This document shows, piece after piece, positions 37,480 to 50,059 of a stretch of DNA of 64,000 bases. How positions within the stretch are numbered: position 1 is the first letter of the stretch; each line of letters opens with the position of its first letter. Both the position numbers and the translations under genes were made by a program. The stretch is from Pristiophorus japonicus (Eukaryota): positions 61,628,001 to 61,692,000 of the forward strand of contig NC_091999.1 in NCBI RefSeq assembly GCF_044704955.1, given 5' to 3'. The notes under the pieces were generated by a model, which ran no database searches, had not been told where the DNA came from, and saw only the letters and a list, made by a program, of their open reading frames with translations.

Positions 37480-39385
37480 TATTGTCTTAATAAAAATAAT
37501 AAAGAGGGAGAAGGTAGATTTTGAGTAAACTGGCAAGAAATATAAATACAGTCAAAGTTTCTACAGATATATAAAAAGGAAGAGATAGGTAAAATAAACT
37601 TTAGTCCCTTGGAGGATGAGACGGGGAATTAATAATGAGAAACAGGGAAATGACGGAGACTTTAAACAAATATTTTGTATGGTCTTCACGGTGGAAGACA
37701 CTAAAAGCATCCCAATAATAATAGATAATCAAGGGGTCACAGGGAGCGAGGAACTTAAAACAATCACTATCACAAGAGAAAAAGTACCAGACAAACTATT
37801 GTGACTAAAGTTGGACGTCCCCTGGACTTGATGGCCTGCATCCTGGGGTCTTAAAAGAAGTGGCTGCAGAGAAAGTGGATGGATTGGTTGTAATCGACCA
37901 AAATTCCCTGGATTCTGGCAAGGTCCCAGTGGATTGGAAAACCTCAAATGCAACACCCCAATTCAACAAGGGAGGGAGGGAGACAGAAAGCAGGAAACTA
38001 TAGAGCAGTTAGCCTAACATCTATCATTGGGAAAATGCTGGAGTCCATTATGAAGGAAATAGTAGCAGTACATTTAGAAAATCATAATAGTCAAGCAGAG
38101 ACGGCATGGTTTTATGAAAGGCAAATCACGTTTGACAAACTTGCTCGAGTTCTTTGAGGATGTAACGAGCACGGTGGATGAAGAGGAACCAGTAGCAGTG
38201 GTGTATTTGCATTTCCAGAAGGCATTCGATAAGGTGCCAGATAAAAGGTTACTGCACAATATAAGAGCTCACGGGGTTGGGGGTAATATATTAGCATAAA
38301 TTTTGGATTGGCTAACTAACAGAAAACATAGAGTCGGAAAAATGGGTCATTTTCAGGTTGGCAAACTGTAACTAGTGGGGTGCCACAGGGATCAGTGCTG
38401 GGGCCTCAATTAATTACAACCTATATTAATGACTTGGATGAAGGGACGGAGTGCACTGCAGCCAAATATGCTGCTGATACAAAGATAGGTGGGAAAGCAA
38501 GTTGTGAGGAGTACACAAAGATTCAGCAAAGGATTATGGACAGGCTCAGTGAGTGGGCAAAAATTTGGCAGATGGAGTATAATTAGGGAAAATGTGAGGT
38601 TATGCACTTTGGTTGGAAGAATAAAAAAGCAAATTATTATTTAAATGGCGACTACAAAATGCTGCGGGACAGAGGGGATCTGGGGGTCCTTGTGCATGAA
38701 ACACAAAAAGTTAGCATGCAGGTACAGCAAGTAATCAGGAAGGCAAATGGAATGTTGGCCTTTATTGAAGAGGAATGGAGTATAAAAGTAGAGAAGTCTT
38801 GCTACAACTGTACAGGGTGTTCGTGAGACCACACCTGGAGTATGCGTACAGTTTTGGTCTCCTTATTTAAGGAGGATATACTTGCATTGGAGGCAGTTCA
38901 GAGAAGCTCACGAGGTTGATTCCTGAGATGAAGGGGTTGTCTTATGAAGTAAGATTGAGCATGTTGGGCTTGTACTCATTGCAGTTTCGAAGATTGAGAG
39001 GTGAACTTATTGAAACGTGTAAAATTCTGAGGGGGCTTGACAGGGTAGATGCAGAGAGGATGTTTCACCTCGTGGGGGAATCTAGAACTAGGGTGCATAG
39101 TTTTAGAATAAGGGGTCGCCCATTTAAAACGGAGATGCGGAGGAATTTCTTCTCTGAGGGTCGTGAATCTTTGGAATTCTCTACCGCAGAGAGCTGTGGA
39201 GGCTGAATCAGTCAATATATTTAAAGCGGAGATAGACAGATCTTTGCATAATAGGGGAGTCAAGAGTTATGGGGAGCAGGCAGGAAAGTGGAGTTGAGGT
39301 CAAGATCACATCAACCATGATTTTATTGAAAGGCAGAGCAGGCTCGAGGGATACAATGGCCTACTCCTGCTCCTATTTCTTATTG
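37480..39385 (+). mobile_element. CR1 LINE fragment
   Basis: RT ORF pieces 37948-39206; 3' UTR ends ggcctactcctgctcctatttcttat. Confidence 0.9.
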
Positions 39386-39521
39386 TTAATCTGTGAACGT
39401 TGACCTGAACATTCCAAAATGATACTGATTTTGAGGAATAGACAAAATATCTAAGCATTGATAAATGCATCATCTCACATCTCCAACTGAGCTAACCTGC
39501 TCTAACTATGTCAGTATTTGT

Positions 39522-39950
39522 GTCAGCTGTGACTCAGTGCGCAACACACTTGCCTCTGGGTCACAAGGTTGTGAGTTGATGTCGCACTCCAGAGACATGA
39601 ACACAGAAATCTCGGCTGATGCTCCAGTGCAGTGCTGAGGGACTGCTGTACTGTCGGAGGTGCTGTCCTTTGGATAAGATGTTGAACCGAGGCCCCGTCT
39701 GCTCCCTCAGGTGGACGTAAAAGGTCCCATTGCAATATTTCAAGCAGAACAGAGGAGTTATCCCCGATGTCCTGGCCAATATTTTCCCTTAGCATCAGTG
39801 AAGCAGATTATCTGGTCATTATCACATTGTAAATTGGTTGCTGCTTTTCCTACATTACGATAGTGACTACGCTTCAAAAATAACTTAATTGACTGTAAAG
39901 GGCTTTGGAGCATCTGGTGGTGGTGAAAGGTGCGAAATAAATGCAAGTGT
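39522..39950 (+). mobile_element. Near full-length DeuSINE (SacSINE1-like)
   Basis: tRNA-like head; Deu core (gagatgttgaaccgaggccccgtctgctccctcaggtggacgtaaaaggtcccattgc-like); tail gaaaggtgcgaaataaatgcaagt. Confidence 0.85.
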
Positions 39951-40224
39951 TTTTATTTTCTATATGTCTTTTATTACTCTCCCTTCTCCTATTGTGCCTC
40001 CTTTTGTCTGCTGTCACTTCCCCACCTCCTCTTCCCCACCCAACTTTACAGTTCATTTCTTGTGTACATGGTCTCTCTCTCTCTCTCCTTTCGCTCACTC
40101 GATCGCTCCCTATAAGCTGTCCATCTGCCATATCTCCCAGTTCTGATCAAATGCTCTCCCTGACCCACCACCATTTATCCTTCCTTTATAAACAACAACA
40201 ACTTTCATTTATATAGCACCTTTA

Positions 40225-40390
40225 AGAACATAAGAGTTATGAGCAGGAGTAGGCCATACGGCCCTTCGAGCCTGCTCCACCATTCAATAACATCATGACT
40301 GATCACCAACCTCAACTCCACTTTCCCGCCCGATCTCCATATCCCTCGATTCCCCAAACACCAAAAATGTATCTATCTCAGCCTTGAAAT
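40225..40390 (-). mobile_element. CR1 3' UTR fragment inserted in an older SINE/L2-like tail
   Basis: aagaacataagagttatgagcaggagtaggcc...; flanked by acaacaactttcatttatatagcacctttaa. Confidence 0.7.
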
Positions 40391-40484
40391 AACTCTGTAA
40401 AATGGCCCCTGGTGCTTCACAGGAGCATTATCAGATAGAATTTGACACCGGGGGTCAGAGAGGCACATTTTAAAGAGTGTTAAA

Positions 40485-41835
40485 AAGGAAAAGAGTGGCT
40501 AAAGTAAATGTTGGTCCCCTGGAGGATGAGACTGGGGAATTAATATTGGAGAACAGGGAAATGGCAGAGACGTTGAACAAATATTTTGTATCGGTCTTCA
40601 CGGTAGAAGACACTAAAAACATCCCAAAAGTGGATAATCAAGGGGCTATAGGTAGGGAGGAACTTAATACAATCACTATCACTAATGAAGTGGTACTAGG
40701 TAAAATAATGGGACTAAAGGCGGACAAGTCCCCTGGACCTGATGCCTTACATCCCAGGGTCTTAAGAGAAATGGCTGCAGAGATAGTGGATGCATTGGTT
40801 TTAATCTCCCAAAATTCCCTGGATTCTGGGGCAGTCCCACCAGATTGGAAAACCGCAAATGTAACGCCCCTATTTAAAAAAGGAGAGGTTTTTAGTGTCT
40901 TCTACCGTGAAGCAAGGGTCAGTGCTGGGTCCTCAGCTATTTACAATCTATATTAATGACCTAGATAAAGGGACCGAGTGTAATATTTGCTGACGATACA
41001 AAGCTAGGTGAGACAGTAAGCTGTGAGCAGAACACAAGAGTGCAAAGATATATAGGCAGACGATGTGAATGGGCAGTAAGGTGGCAGATTGAGCATAATG
41101 TCGGGAAATGTGAGGTTATTCACCTTGGTAGGAAGAATAGAAAAACAGAATATCTTTTAAATGGTGAGAAACTTTAAATCTTGGTGTTGAGAGAGATTTG
41201 GGTGTCCTTGTGCAAGAAACATAGAAAGCGAGCATGCAGGTACAGCAAGCAGTAAGGGGGTGGAGTATCAGAGTAAGGATCTATTGCTACAATTGTACAG
41301 GGCCTTGGTGAGACCACACCTGGAGTACTGGGCAGTTTCGGTCTCCTTATCTAAGGAAAGATACACTTGCCTTGAAGACGGTGCAATGGAGGTTCACAAG
41401 ATTGATTCCTGGGATGAGAGAGCTGTCTTACGATGAGACATTGTGTAGAATGGACCTATACTCTCTGGAGTTTAGAAGAATGAGAGGGGATCCCATTGAA
41501 ACATACAAGATTCTGAAGGGTATTGACAGGGTAGATGCTGAGAGCTCGATTCCCCCGGCCAGGAGTGACTAGAACTCGGGGGCTCAAGATAAGGGGGAGG
41601 CCATTTAAGACAGAGATGAGAAATGTCTTCACTCAGAGGTTTGTGAATCTATGGAATTCTTTGGAGGGCTGTGGATGCTCAGTCTATTCAAGGCTGAGAT
41701 AGATAGATTTTTGGACTCTCGAGGAATCACGGGATATGGAGATCAGGTGGGAAAGTGGAGTTGAGGGCAATGATCTTATTGAATATCGGAGCAGGCTCGA
41801 GAGGCCATATGACCTACTCCTGCTCCTATCTCTGA
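40485..41835 (+). mobile_element. CR1 LINE fragment with an internal deletion at about 40890
   Basis: ORF 40477-40956 (KSPGPD..HPRVL...[10 protein letters not shown]), then a jump to QGSVLGP; 3' UTR present. Confidence 0.9.
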
Positions 41836-41849
41836 TATTCTAATATTGA

Positions 41850-43550
41850 CATGTAAGGGGCTCTAGATTTATTAGTCCCACCCTTTATCTTAAGGGAACA
41901 TACTAGCTCTGAATCCTCGCTATCTCCTCCTTGAATGCCTCCTACTGCTCTGACACTAATTTACCTTCAAGTAGCTGTTTCCAGTCCACTTTGGTAAAAT
42001 CACATCTCTGCTTAGTAAATTTAGCTTTATGCCAATTGAGAACTTTTATTTCTGGTCCATCTTTGTCCTTTTTCATAACGACCCTGAATCTAACTGAATT
42101 GTGATCACCAGCACCAAAATGCTCTCCCACTGACACCCCTTCCACCTGCCCAAGCTTCATTCATTAAACCCAAGTCCAAAACCACCCCCTCTCTTGTTGG
42201 GCTTGCTACGTAATGGCTAAAAATGTTCTCCTGAATGCATTTTATGAATTCTGCTCCTTCTATATCATTCATACTAATTCTATCACAGTTAATATTTGGG
42301 TAGTTGAAATCCCCGACTATTACTGCCCTATTATGTTTGCACGTATCAGAAATGTGCCGACATATTTGCTCTTTTGTCTCCCTCTGACTGTTTGGGGGTC
42401 TATAGTATATCCCCAGCAGTGTGATCGCCCCTTTTTTGTTCTTCACTTCTCCCATGTGGCCTCATTTGATGATCCTTCAAACATATCATCCCTCCCCACA
42501 GCTGGAATTGTTTCTTTAATCAACTCTGCGATGTGCCCGCCTTTTTTTTTATCCCGTCTCTATCTTGTCTTAAAACCTTGTGACCAGGAATGTTGAGCTG
42601 CCATTCCTGCATTCTTTTAGCCGTGTTTCACGAATAGTTTCAATATCATACCCCCATATGTCTGTCTGTGCCCTCAGCTTATCTGCCTCAATCCCCAGAC
42701 TCCTTGCACTGGCATTGAAGTATTTCTAGATTGATTCCTGTGATGAGAGGACTGTCTTATGATGAGAGTTTGTGTAGACTGGGCCTATACTCTTCCGAAG
42801 TTTAGATGAATGAGAGGTGATCTCATTGAAACACACTGGCACTGGCATTTAGCCCTGCCAAACTCCCTTATTGTCTATTTTCTAGCCTTTGTTTCCTCTG
42901 CCTTCCAAACATTAGCAAAAGTCCCAGTGAGGATATTGTCCGGTCCTGTTGAGCTGCAACCTGTCCGGCTTGTACTGGTCCCACCTCCCCCAGAAACGCT
43001 CTCAATGCCTCAGGATTCTAAAGCCCTCCCTCCTGCACCAAACTCCAGCCATACATTCATCTGCTCCATCCTCTTATTTCTGTACTCACCAGCACGTGGC
43101 ACCGGAAGTAATCCGGACATTACTACCTTTGAGGTCCTGTTTTTTAATCTCTTTCCTAGCTCCCTAAAATCTGCCTGCAGGATCTCATCCCTCTTTCTAC
43201 CGATGTCATTGGTCCCGATATGGACCACAACCTCTGGATGTTCATCCTCCCCCCTCAACAATGTCCTGCAGCCGCTCAGTGACATCCTTGACCCTGGCAC
43301 CAGGGAGGCAACATACCATCCTGGAATCATGTCTGTGCCTGCAGAAGCGCTTTTTTGTTCCCCTAACTATCAAATGCACCAGCACTAATGCTCTTCCACT
43401 CTGCTTCCTCCCCGCCCTGTGCAGCTGAGCCACCCACGGTGTCGTGGACATGTTTCTGGCTGTACTCCCCAGAGAAATCATCGCCCTCATCAGTATCCAG
43501 AACTGAAAACCGGTTAGTGAGCGAGATGCACTCAGGGGACTCCTGTCCTA
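41850..43550 (-). mobile_element. Nested CR1 fragments (endonuclease region and ORF1 esterase region; short + strand piece at 42722-42835)
   Basis: ORFs 41942-42455 (YYRPP, GDFN, GDH) and 43010-43490 (HIGTNDIG). Confidence 0.85.
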
Positions 43551-44004
43551 CTCTTGCCCCATAACGCTGAAATTTTTTTCAACTCATGTTTATCTCTTTC
43601 GAAAGTTACAAGTGAATCTGCTTCCACCACCCGAACAAGCAGTGCGTTCCAGGCCAGAACATCTCGCTGCTTCATTAGTTCCCTCATGTAGCATCTGGTT
43701 CATTTACCAATCACATTCAATCTGTGCCTCTGGTTACTGAACTTTCTGACACTGAAAATTGTTTCTCCTTATTAAGAGGATTGGCGGGCTGGAGGAGGTT
43801 ACAGAGATAGGGAGGGGCGAGGCCTTGGAGGGATTTGAACAAGAGGATGAGAATTTTAAAGCCTGAAGCCACCACCCAACTCCCTCAGTGCAGAATGTGA
43901 CTCACTGCTGAGCATCCCTGATTATAATCGCTCAACTATTCGTGGCTTTGTCTTCTGTTGCCGAGGCCCCAAGCTCTGGAACACTCTCACGAAACCTCTG
44001 AACC

Positions 44005-44140
44005 TCCTCCCTGAAAGTACTGACTCTGGCTTTGTTCAGTTCGACCCTCACTGGTTCCCCTCCCCTGAAAGCACTGAATCTGGCTGGGTTCAGTTCTGCA
44101 CTCACTGGTTCCCCTCCCCTGAAGGTACTGATTCTGGGTG
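44005..44140 (-). repeat. About 2.5 inverted copies of the 54-bp minisatellite unit
   Basis: ctcactggttcccctcccctgaa(a/g)g(c/t)actga.tctggc is the reverse complement of the 53884-55430 unit. Confidence 0.9.
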
Positions 44141-44599
44141 TCTGTGCTCTCGTCACCTCTTTATACACTCTGACCCTCCCTATATATCTGTAATATCTCC
44201 CTGTTTTGGTGATGGGCTCTCCCTGACCGCTCGCTCCCTGACTCTCACCATTTCAGGGAATAACACAGCACAGAATGAGACCATTCGACCCATCGAGCCT
44301 GTCCAACTCACTGAAAGACCCACTCTCTGCACCTGCCCCAAAACACCAGAAAATGTTCCCTTTGAACATTGCTGGTTTTGAAAGTTATTATTGATGTCCC
44401 AGAATTGAGGCCAACCCTCAATATCTGAGTCGAACTCGTGAGTGATAAAGGTTGACCAGAACTTGCTTGTTGTACTCTATACTGCTATTAATGCTGGTAC
44501 AGATTGGCCACGGACCCTGCCCCTTACAGCTTTGTGTTCACCTGCAAATTGCACCATTTGCTTTCGAATGTCTCCCATTTTTCCTCTTTCCCAAATCCC

Positions 44600-45230
44600 A
44601 GCTGGCGGCCGGTGACCCCGCTGACCCCGGGCCTGTCACCGCGGGTCAAGCCCGGGGTCAGCCTCTGGGCTGTGATTGGCCCTGGGCCCTACACCAGGTG
44701 TTTATGACGCTCACCAGCCCCACACACGGCTCCACTTCCAGCCCCGCGCCGACAACCGAAATGATCCGGGCTCCACCAACTGTCGCCGCCGCCGCCCGCA
44801 CATGCTCAGTGCGGGAGATCCGGGCTCAGCCCTGCCTCTCGCACACTCCGATTGATTGGAGGACCCTCCGCCCGCTCGGTCCTCCAGCCCCGCCCCGAGC
44901 ACAGTCTGATTCGTTGGATGACCCATTGCCCACTCGGTCCTCCGGCCCCGCCCCCGCTCTTCCTATTGGCCCGGAGCTGCCGTCAATCACCCGGGCAGTG
45001 TGAGCTGAGCATGCGCGGTAGGGCGGCTGTGTCTGACGCAGCGGCTGAGAGATGGGCGGAGGGAGGGAGCGGGTTAATAAACCCCAGGGGGCGCGGGCTT
45101 CACACACACCGAGTGCGGGCACAGGCCCCGCCTGCCCGAGAGACAACACTCCGCATTATCCGCTTCACACACACACACTGTGGGCCTCAGGCCCCGAACA
45201 ACAACCTGCGGCTCCGGCCTTTCCCCGAGC
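44600..45230. promoter_or_regulatory. CpG island, candidate bidirectional promoter of the ZNF genes
   Basis: CpG-dense; CCAAT boxes (gattgg, tattgg) and GC boxes (ccccgcccc); inverted NRF1-like CGC(A/G)CATGCTCAG at 44797 and 45005; CTCF-like CCCCAGGGGGCGC at about 45080; minus-strand donor CTG|GTGAGC at 44714. Confidence 0.7.
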
Positions 45231-45231
45231 G

Positions 45232-45522
45232 GGGCCCCCGAGGAGGTGGGCTCTGGGCCCGTGCGGGGCCCCCGGGGAGGTGGGCTCTGGGCCCGTGCGG
45301 AGCCCCCGGGAAGGTGGGCTCTGGGCCCGTGCGGGGCCCCCGGGGAGGTGGGCTCTGGGCCCATGCGGGGCCCCCGGGGAGGTAGGCACTGGGCCCGTGC
45401 GGGGCCTCCGGGGAGGTGGGCTCTGGGCCTGTGCAGGGAGGTGGGCTCTGGGCCCGTGCGGGGTTCCCGGGGAGGTGGGCTCTGGGCCCGTGCGGGGCCC
45501 CCGGGGAGGTGGGCTCTGGGGG
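45232..45522. repeat. 34-bp GC-rich VNTR, about 8.5 copies
   Basis: Unit GAGGTGGGCTCTGGGCCCGTGCGGGGCCCCCGGG; one unit is shortened. Confidence 0.95.
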
Positions 45523-45629
45523 AGATTAGATTGTTAAGCACCCCCTGTCCACGCAATGGAAAAGTTTTTGAGGAACAAGTATTTCTGGAGAGACTTTTAA
45601 TCCATTGAACATTTACAGATTTTTAAATG

Positions 45630-45920
45630 TGTTCCGGGCTGTGGCCGTCCCTGCCAAGGCCGGCATTTATTGGCCATTCCTAATTACACTGGAGAAGGTG
45701 GTGGGGAGTCACCTACTTGAACCGCTGCAGTCCGTGTCGTGAAGGTACTCCCACAGTGCTGTTAGGGAGCCAGTTCCAGGATTTTGACCCAGTGACGATG
45801 AAGGACCAAGTCCGGATGGTGTGTGACTTGGAGGGGAACTTGCAGATGATGGTGTTCCCATTCACCTGCTGCCCTTTTCCTTCTGGGTGGTAAAAGCCGA
45901 GGGACAGGTTGGGTGGCAGG
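45630..45920 (-). mobile_element. 3' end of a different LINE family
   Basis: Minus-strand peptide ICKFPSKSHTI..WSFIVTGSKSWN.LPNSTVG....GLQRFK, typical of a non-LTR ORF2 C-terminus. Confidence 0.6.
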
Positions 45921-46229
45921 TTCCCTTCCATCAGAACATAAGGATTAGGAGCAGGAGTCAGCAATATGGTCCTTCGAGCCTTCTCCATCGGTCAATATGA
46001 CCATGGCTGATCTTCGACCTGAACTTGACTCTCCCGCCCGATCCCCATATCGCTGGAGGACATTAGTGCGCCAGTTGGGATTTTAGTGACAATCCGGCAG
46101 CTTTCATGGTGACTGTTTATCGAGAGCCCGCACCACAAATTCCCCGATTTATTAAGCTCAATTTTACAATCAGCCTGTGTGTTTTTCTGGGTTCTCTCTC
46201 ACTCCCTTTTATCTGTTTTATATTCAATG

Positions 46230-47216
<987 letters not shown>

Positions 47217-47270
47217 CTGCAGGGTGTGGATTCTGCTGTTAGTTACATCCAGAACTGAACCATGTTCATT

Positions 47271-47420
47271 CCACCGCTGGAAGAGACACCGTGCAGCAGA
47301 TTTAAAGGGACCGCTCACTAGCTCCCACCGCTGGAAGAGACACCGTGCAGCAGATTTAAAGGGACCACTCACCAGCACCCACCGCTAGAAGAGACACCGT
47401 GCAGCAGATTTAAAGGGACC
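47271..47420. repeat. 54-bp tandem repeat, about 2.8 copies, unrelated to the large array
   Basis: ccaccgctggaagagacaccgtgcagcagatttaaagggacc(g/a)ctcac. Confidence 0.9.
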
Positions 47421-48060
47421 ACACACATTGGTGAGAACAAAGTGCTAAATTGGTAAATTTGAAACAGTCCCATTCTTGGGGCCCAAATTTGACCAGTAGA
47501 GGTTTCTGACGAACTCACCAGAGGTGCGACGCTTTTCTATACCGATTAGGGCACCAAAAGTCTTCAGGCCGAGTTTGGCCGCTCCCCAGCCTCGCCTCGA
47601 TGGAGGCGCAGCCAGGTCCCGGGGCTGAAAACAGTGCCGGGACCTCTGCACATGCACGCTAGAGTGTGCACGCATGTGCAGTAGCTCCTCGCCCCCAGAA
47701 TCTCTGTGTGTGCTCTGCAGGCTGTGTGGGAGGGGCCCGAAGCGTGCCGCCCCTGTCCCTGGCCCAATGGGCTCCCTCATCGGCGGCCCGCTGAAGGTGG
47801 GACTTCTACTTTTTGTGTGTTTATTTATTTATTAATTGATTGTGGTCCATTTTTCATTTTGCTTTTTGGGTTGCAAGAGATCTCGAGACCCCAGTTTAAG
47901 TTGACTGAAGAGATTCTGAGCTTTCTCTGAGTTTTTACTGCACATACATGCAAGTTGAGTTGCAGTCAGTAGGAGGTTGAGGGTATATCACCAGGAGCAG
48001 ATCTACACAGTGAGAAAGAACCGATTCGCCGACCTTTTTATTTGTTATTGATTGATTATT

Positions 48061-49640
48061 ACATAGAAACATAGAAAATAGATGCAGGAGTAGGCCATTC
48101 GGCCCTTCGAGCCTGCACCACCATTCAATAAGATCATGGCTGATCATTCACCTCAGTACCCCTTTCCTCGTTTCTCTCCATAACCTTTGATCCCTTTAGC
48201 CGTAAGGGCCATATCTAACTCCCTCTTGAATATATCCAATGAACTAGCATCAACAACTCTCTGAGGCAGGGAATTCCACAGCTTAACAACTCTGAATGAA
48301 GAAGTTTCTCCTCATCTCAGTCCTAACTGGCTTACCCCTTATCCTTAGACTATGTCCCCTATTTCTGGCCTTCCCCAAATCGGGAACATTCTTCCTGCAT
48401 CAAACCTGTCCAGACCCGTCAGAATTGTATATATGTTTCGATGAGATTCCCTCTCATCCTTCTAAACTTCAGTGAATACAGGCCCAGTCGATCCAGTCTC
48501 TCCTCATATGTCAGTCCTGCCATCCTGGGAATCAGTCTGGTGAACCTCCGTTGCACTCCCTAAATAACAAGAATGTCCTTCCTCAGATTAGGAGACAAAA
48601 ACTGAACACAATATTCCAGGTGAGACCTCACTAAGGACCTCTACAACTTCAGTAAGACCTCCCTGCCCCTCTACTCAAATCCCCTTGCTGTGAAGGCCAA
48701 CATACCATTTGCCTACTTCACCGCCTGCTGGACCTGCATGCTATCTTTCAATGACTGATGTACCATGACACCATCTCGTTGCACTTTCTCTTTTCCTTAT
48801 CTGCTGCCATTCAGATAATATTCTGCATTTGTGTTTTTGCCACTAAAGTGAATAACCTCACATTTATCCACATTATGCTGCATCTGCCATGCGTTTGCCC
48901 AATTACCCAACCTGTCTAAGTCACCCTTCAGCCTCTTAGCGTCCTCCACACAGCTCACACCGCCACCCAGCCTAGTTTCATCTGCAGACTTGGAGATATT
49001 ACAACAATTCCTCCATCTAAATCATTAATGTATAATGTAAATAGCTGGGGTTCCAGCACTGAGCTCTTCGGCACCCCACTAGTCACTGCTTGCCATTCTG
49101 AAAAGGACTCGTTTATCCCGACTCACTGCTTCCTGTCTGCCAACCAGTTCTCTATCCACGTCAGTACATTAGCCCCAGTAGCATGTGCTTTAATTTTGCA
49201 CACGAATCTCTTGTGTGGGACCTTGTCAAAAGCCTTTTCAAAGTCCAAATACACCACATACACTGGTTCTCCCTTGTCCACTCTACTAATTACTTCCTCA
49301 AAAAATTCTAGAAGATTTGTCAAGCATGATTTCCCTTTCATAAATCCATGTTGATTTGGTCCGATCCTGCCATTGCTCTCTCAACCTTAATGATTGATTC
49401 CAACATTTTCCTCACTACTGATGTCAGGCTAACTGGTCTATAATTACCCGTTTTCTCTCTCATTTTTTAAAAAGTGGTGCTACATTAGCTACCCTCCAGG
49501 CCATAGGAACTGATCCAGAGTCGATAGACTGTTGTAAAATGATCACCAATGCATCCACTCTTTCTAGGGCCACTTCCTTAAGTAATCTGGGATGCAGACT
49601 ATCAGGCCCCGGGGGTTTATTGGCCTTCAATCCCATCAAT
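48061..49640 (-). mobile_element. CR1 LINE 3' fragment
   Basis: acatagaaacatag tail; RT ORF 49123-49341. Confidence 0.92.
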
Positions 49641-50059
49641 TACTTTGGTCTTGGTGCTTTCGATGCAGGGTTCCTTTTATTTTTTATTTGTTAATTAATT
49701 GCTTGTTACTTTTTGTGTTTTGTTTCGTGCTTTGTAAATCTTGGTGCTTGATGCAGGTTCTCTCAGCTTCCTTGTATTTTTTTATTTGTTATTGAATGCT
49801 TATTTTTGTGCTTTGTTAAGTGCTTGGTGCTTTCCTGTCTTTCTGTGTGGCCAGATATGCTGGCCTAAGTTAGTTTGGAGTAACTATTAGCTATTCAAAC
49901 TAGCTTAATGACATCACTGCAGTGCCCAGCAACCAACCTCCCTGAGCCCTGCTCATTATGGGCAAGGTTTAGCATTTGATGGGACAGTGCAGAGGGAGCT
50001 TTACTCTGTATCTAACCCTTGCTGTACTTGCCCTGGAAGTGTCTGATGAGGGAGTGGTA

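Noticed and set aside
39480-39500. tRNA-like A-box fragment (ggttagctcagttggag, minus strand)
   Set aside because: Too short, with no B box or cloverleaf visible.
44452-45608. Pro/Gly/Arg-rich ORFs over the CpG island and VNTR
   Set aside because: GC-rich sequence lacks stop codons; no domain evidence.
49975-50050. Single unit resembling a common shark minisatellite
   Set aside because: Only one copy here, so it cannot be supported as an array from this window.
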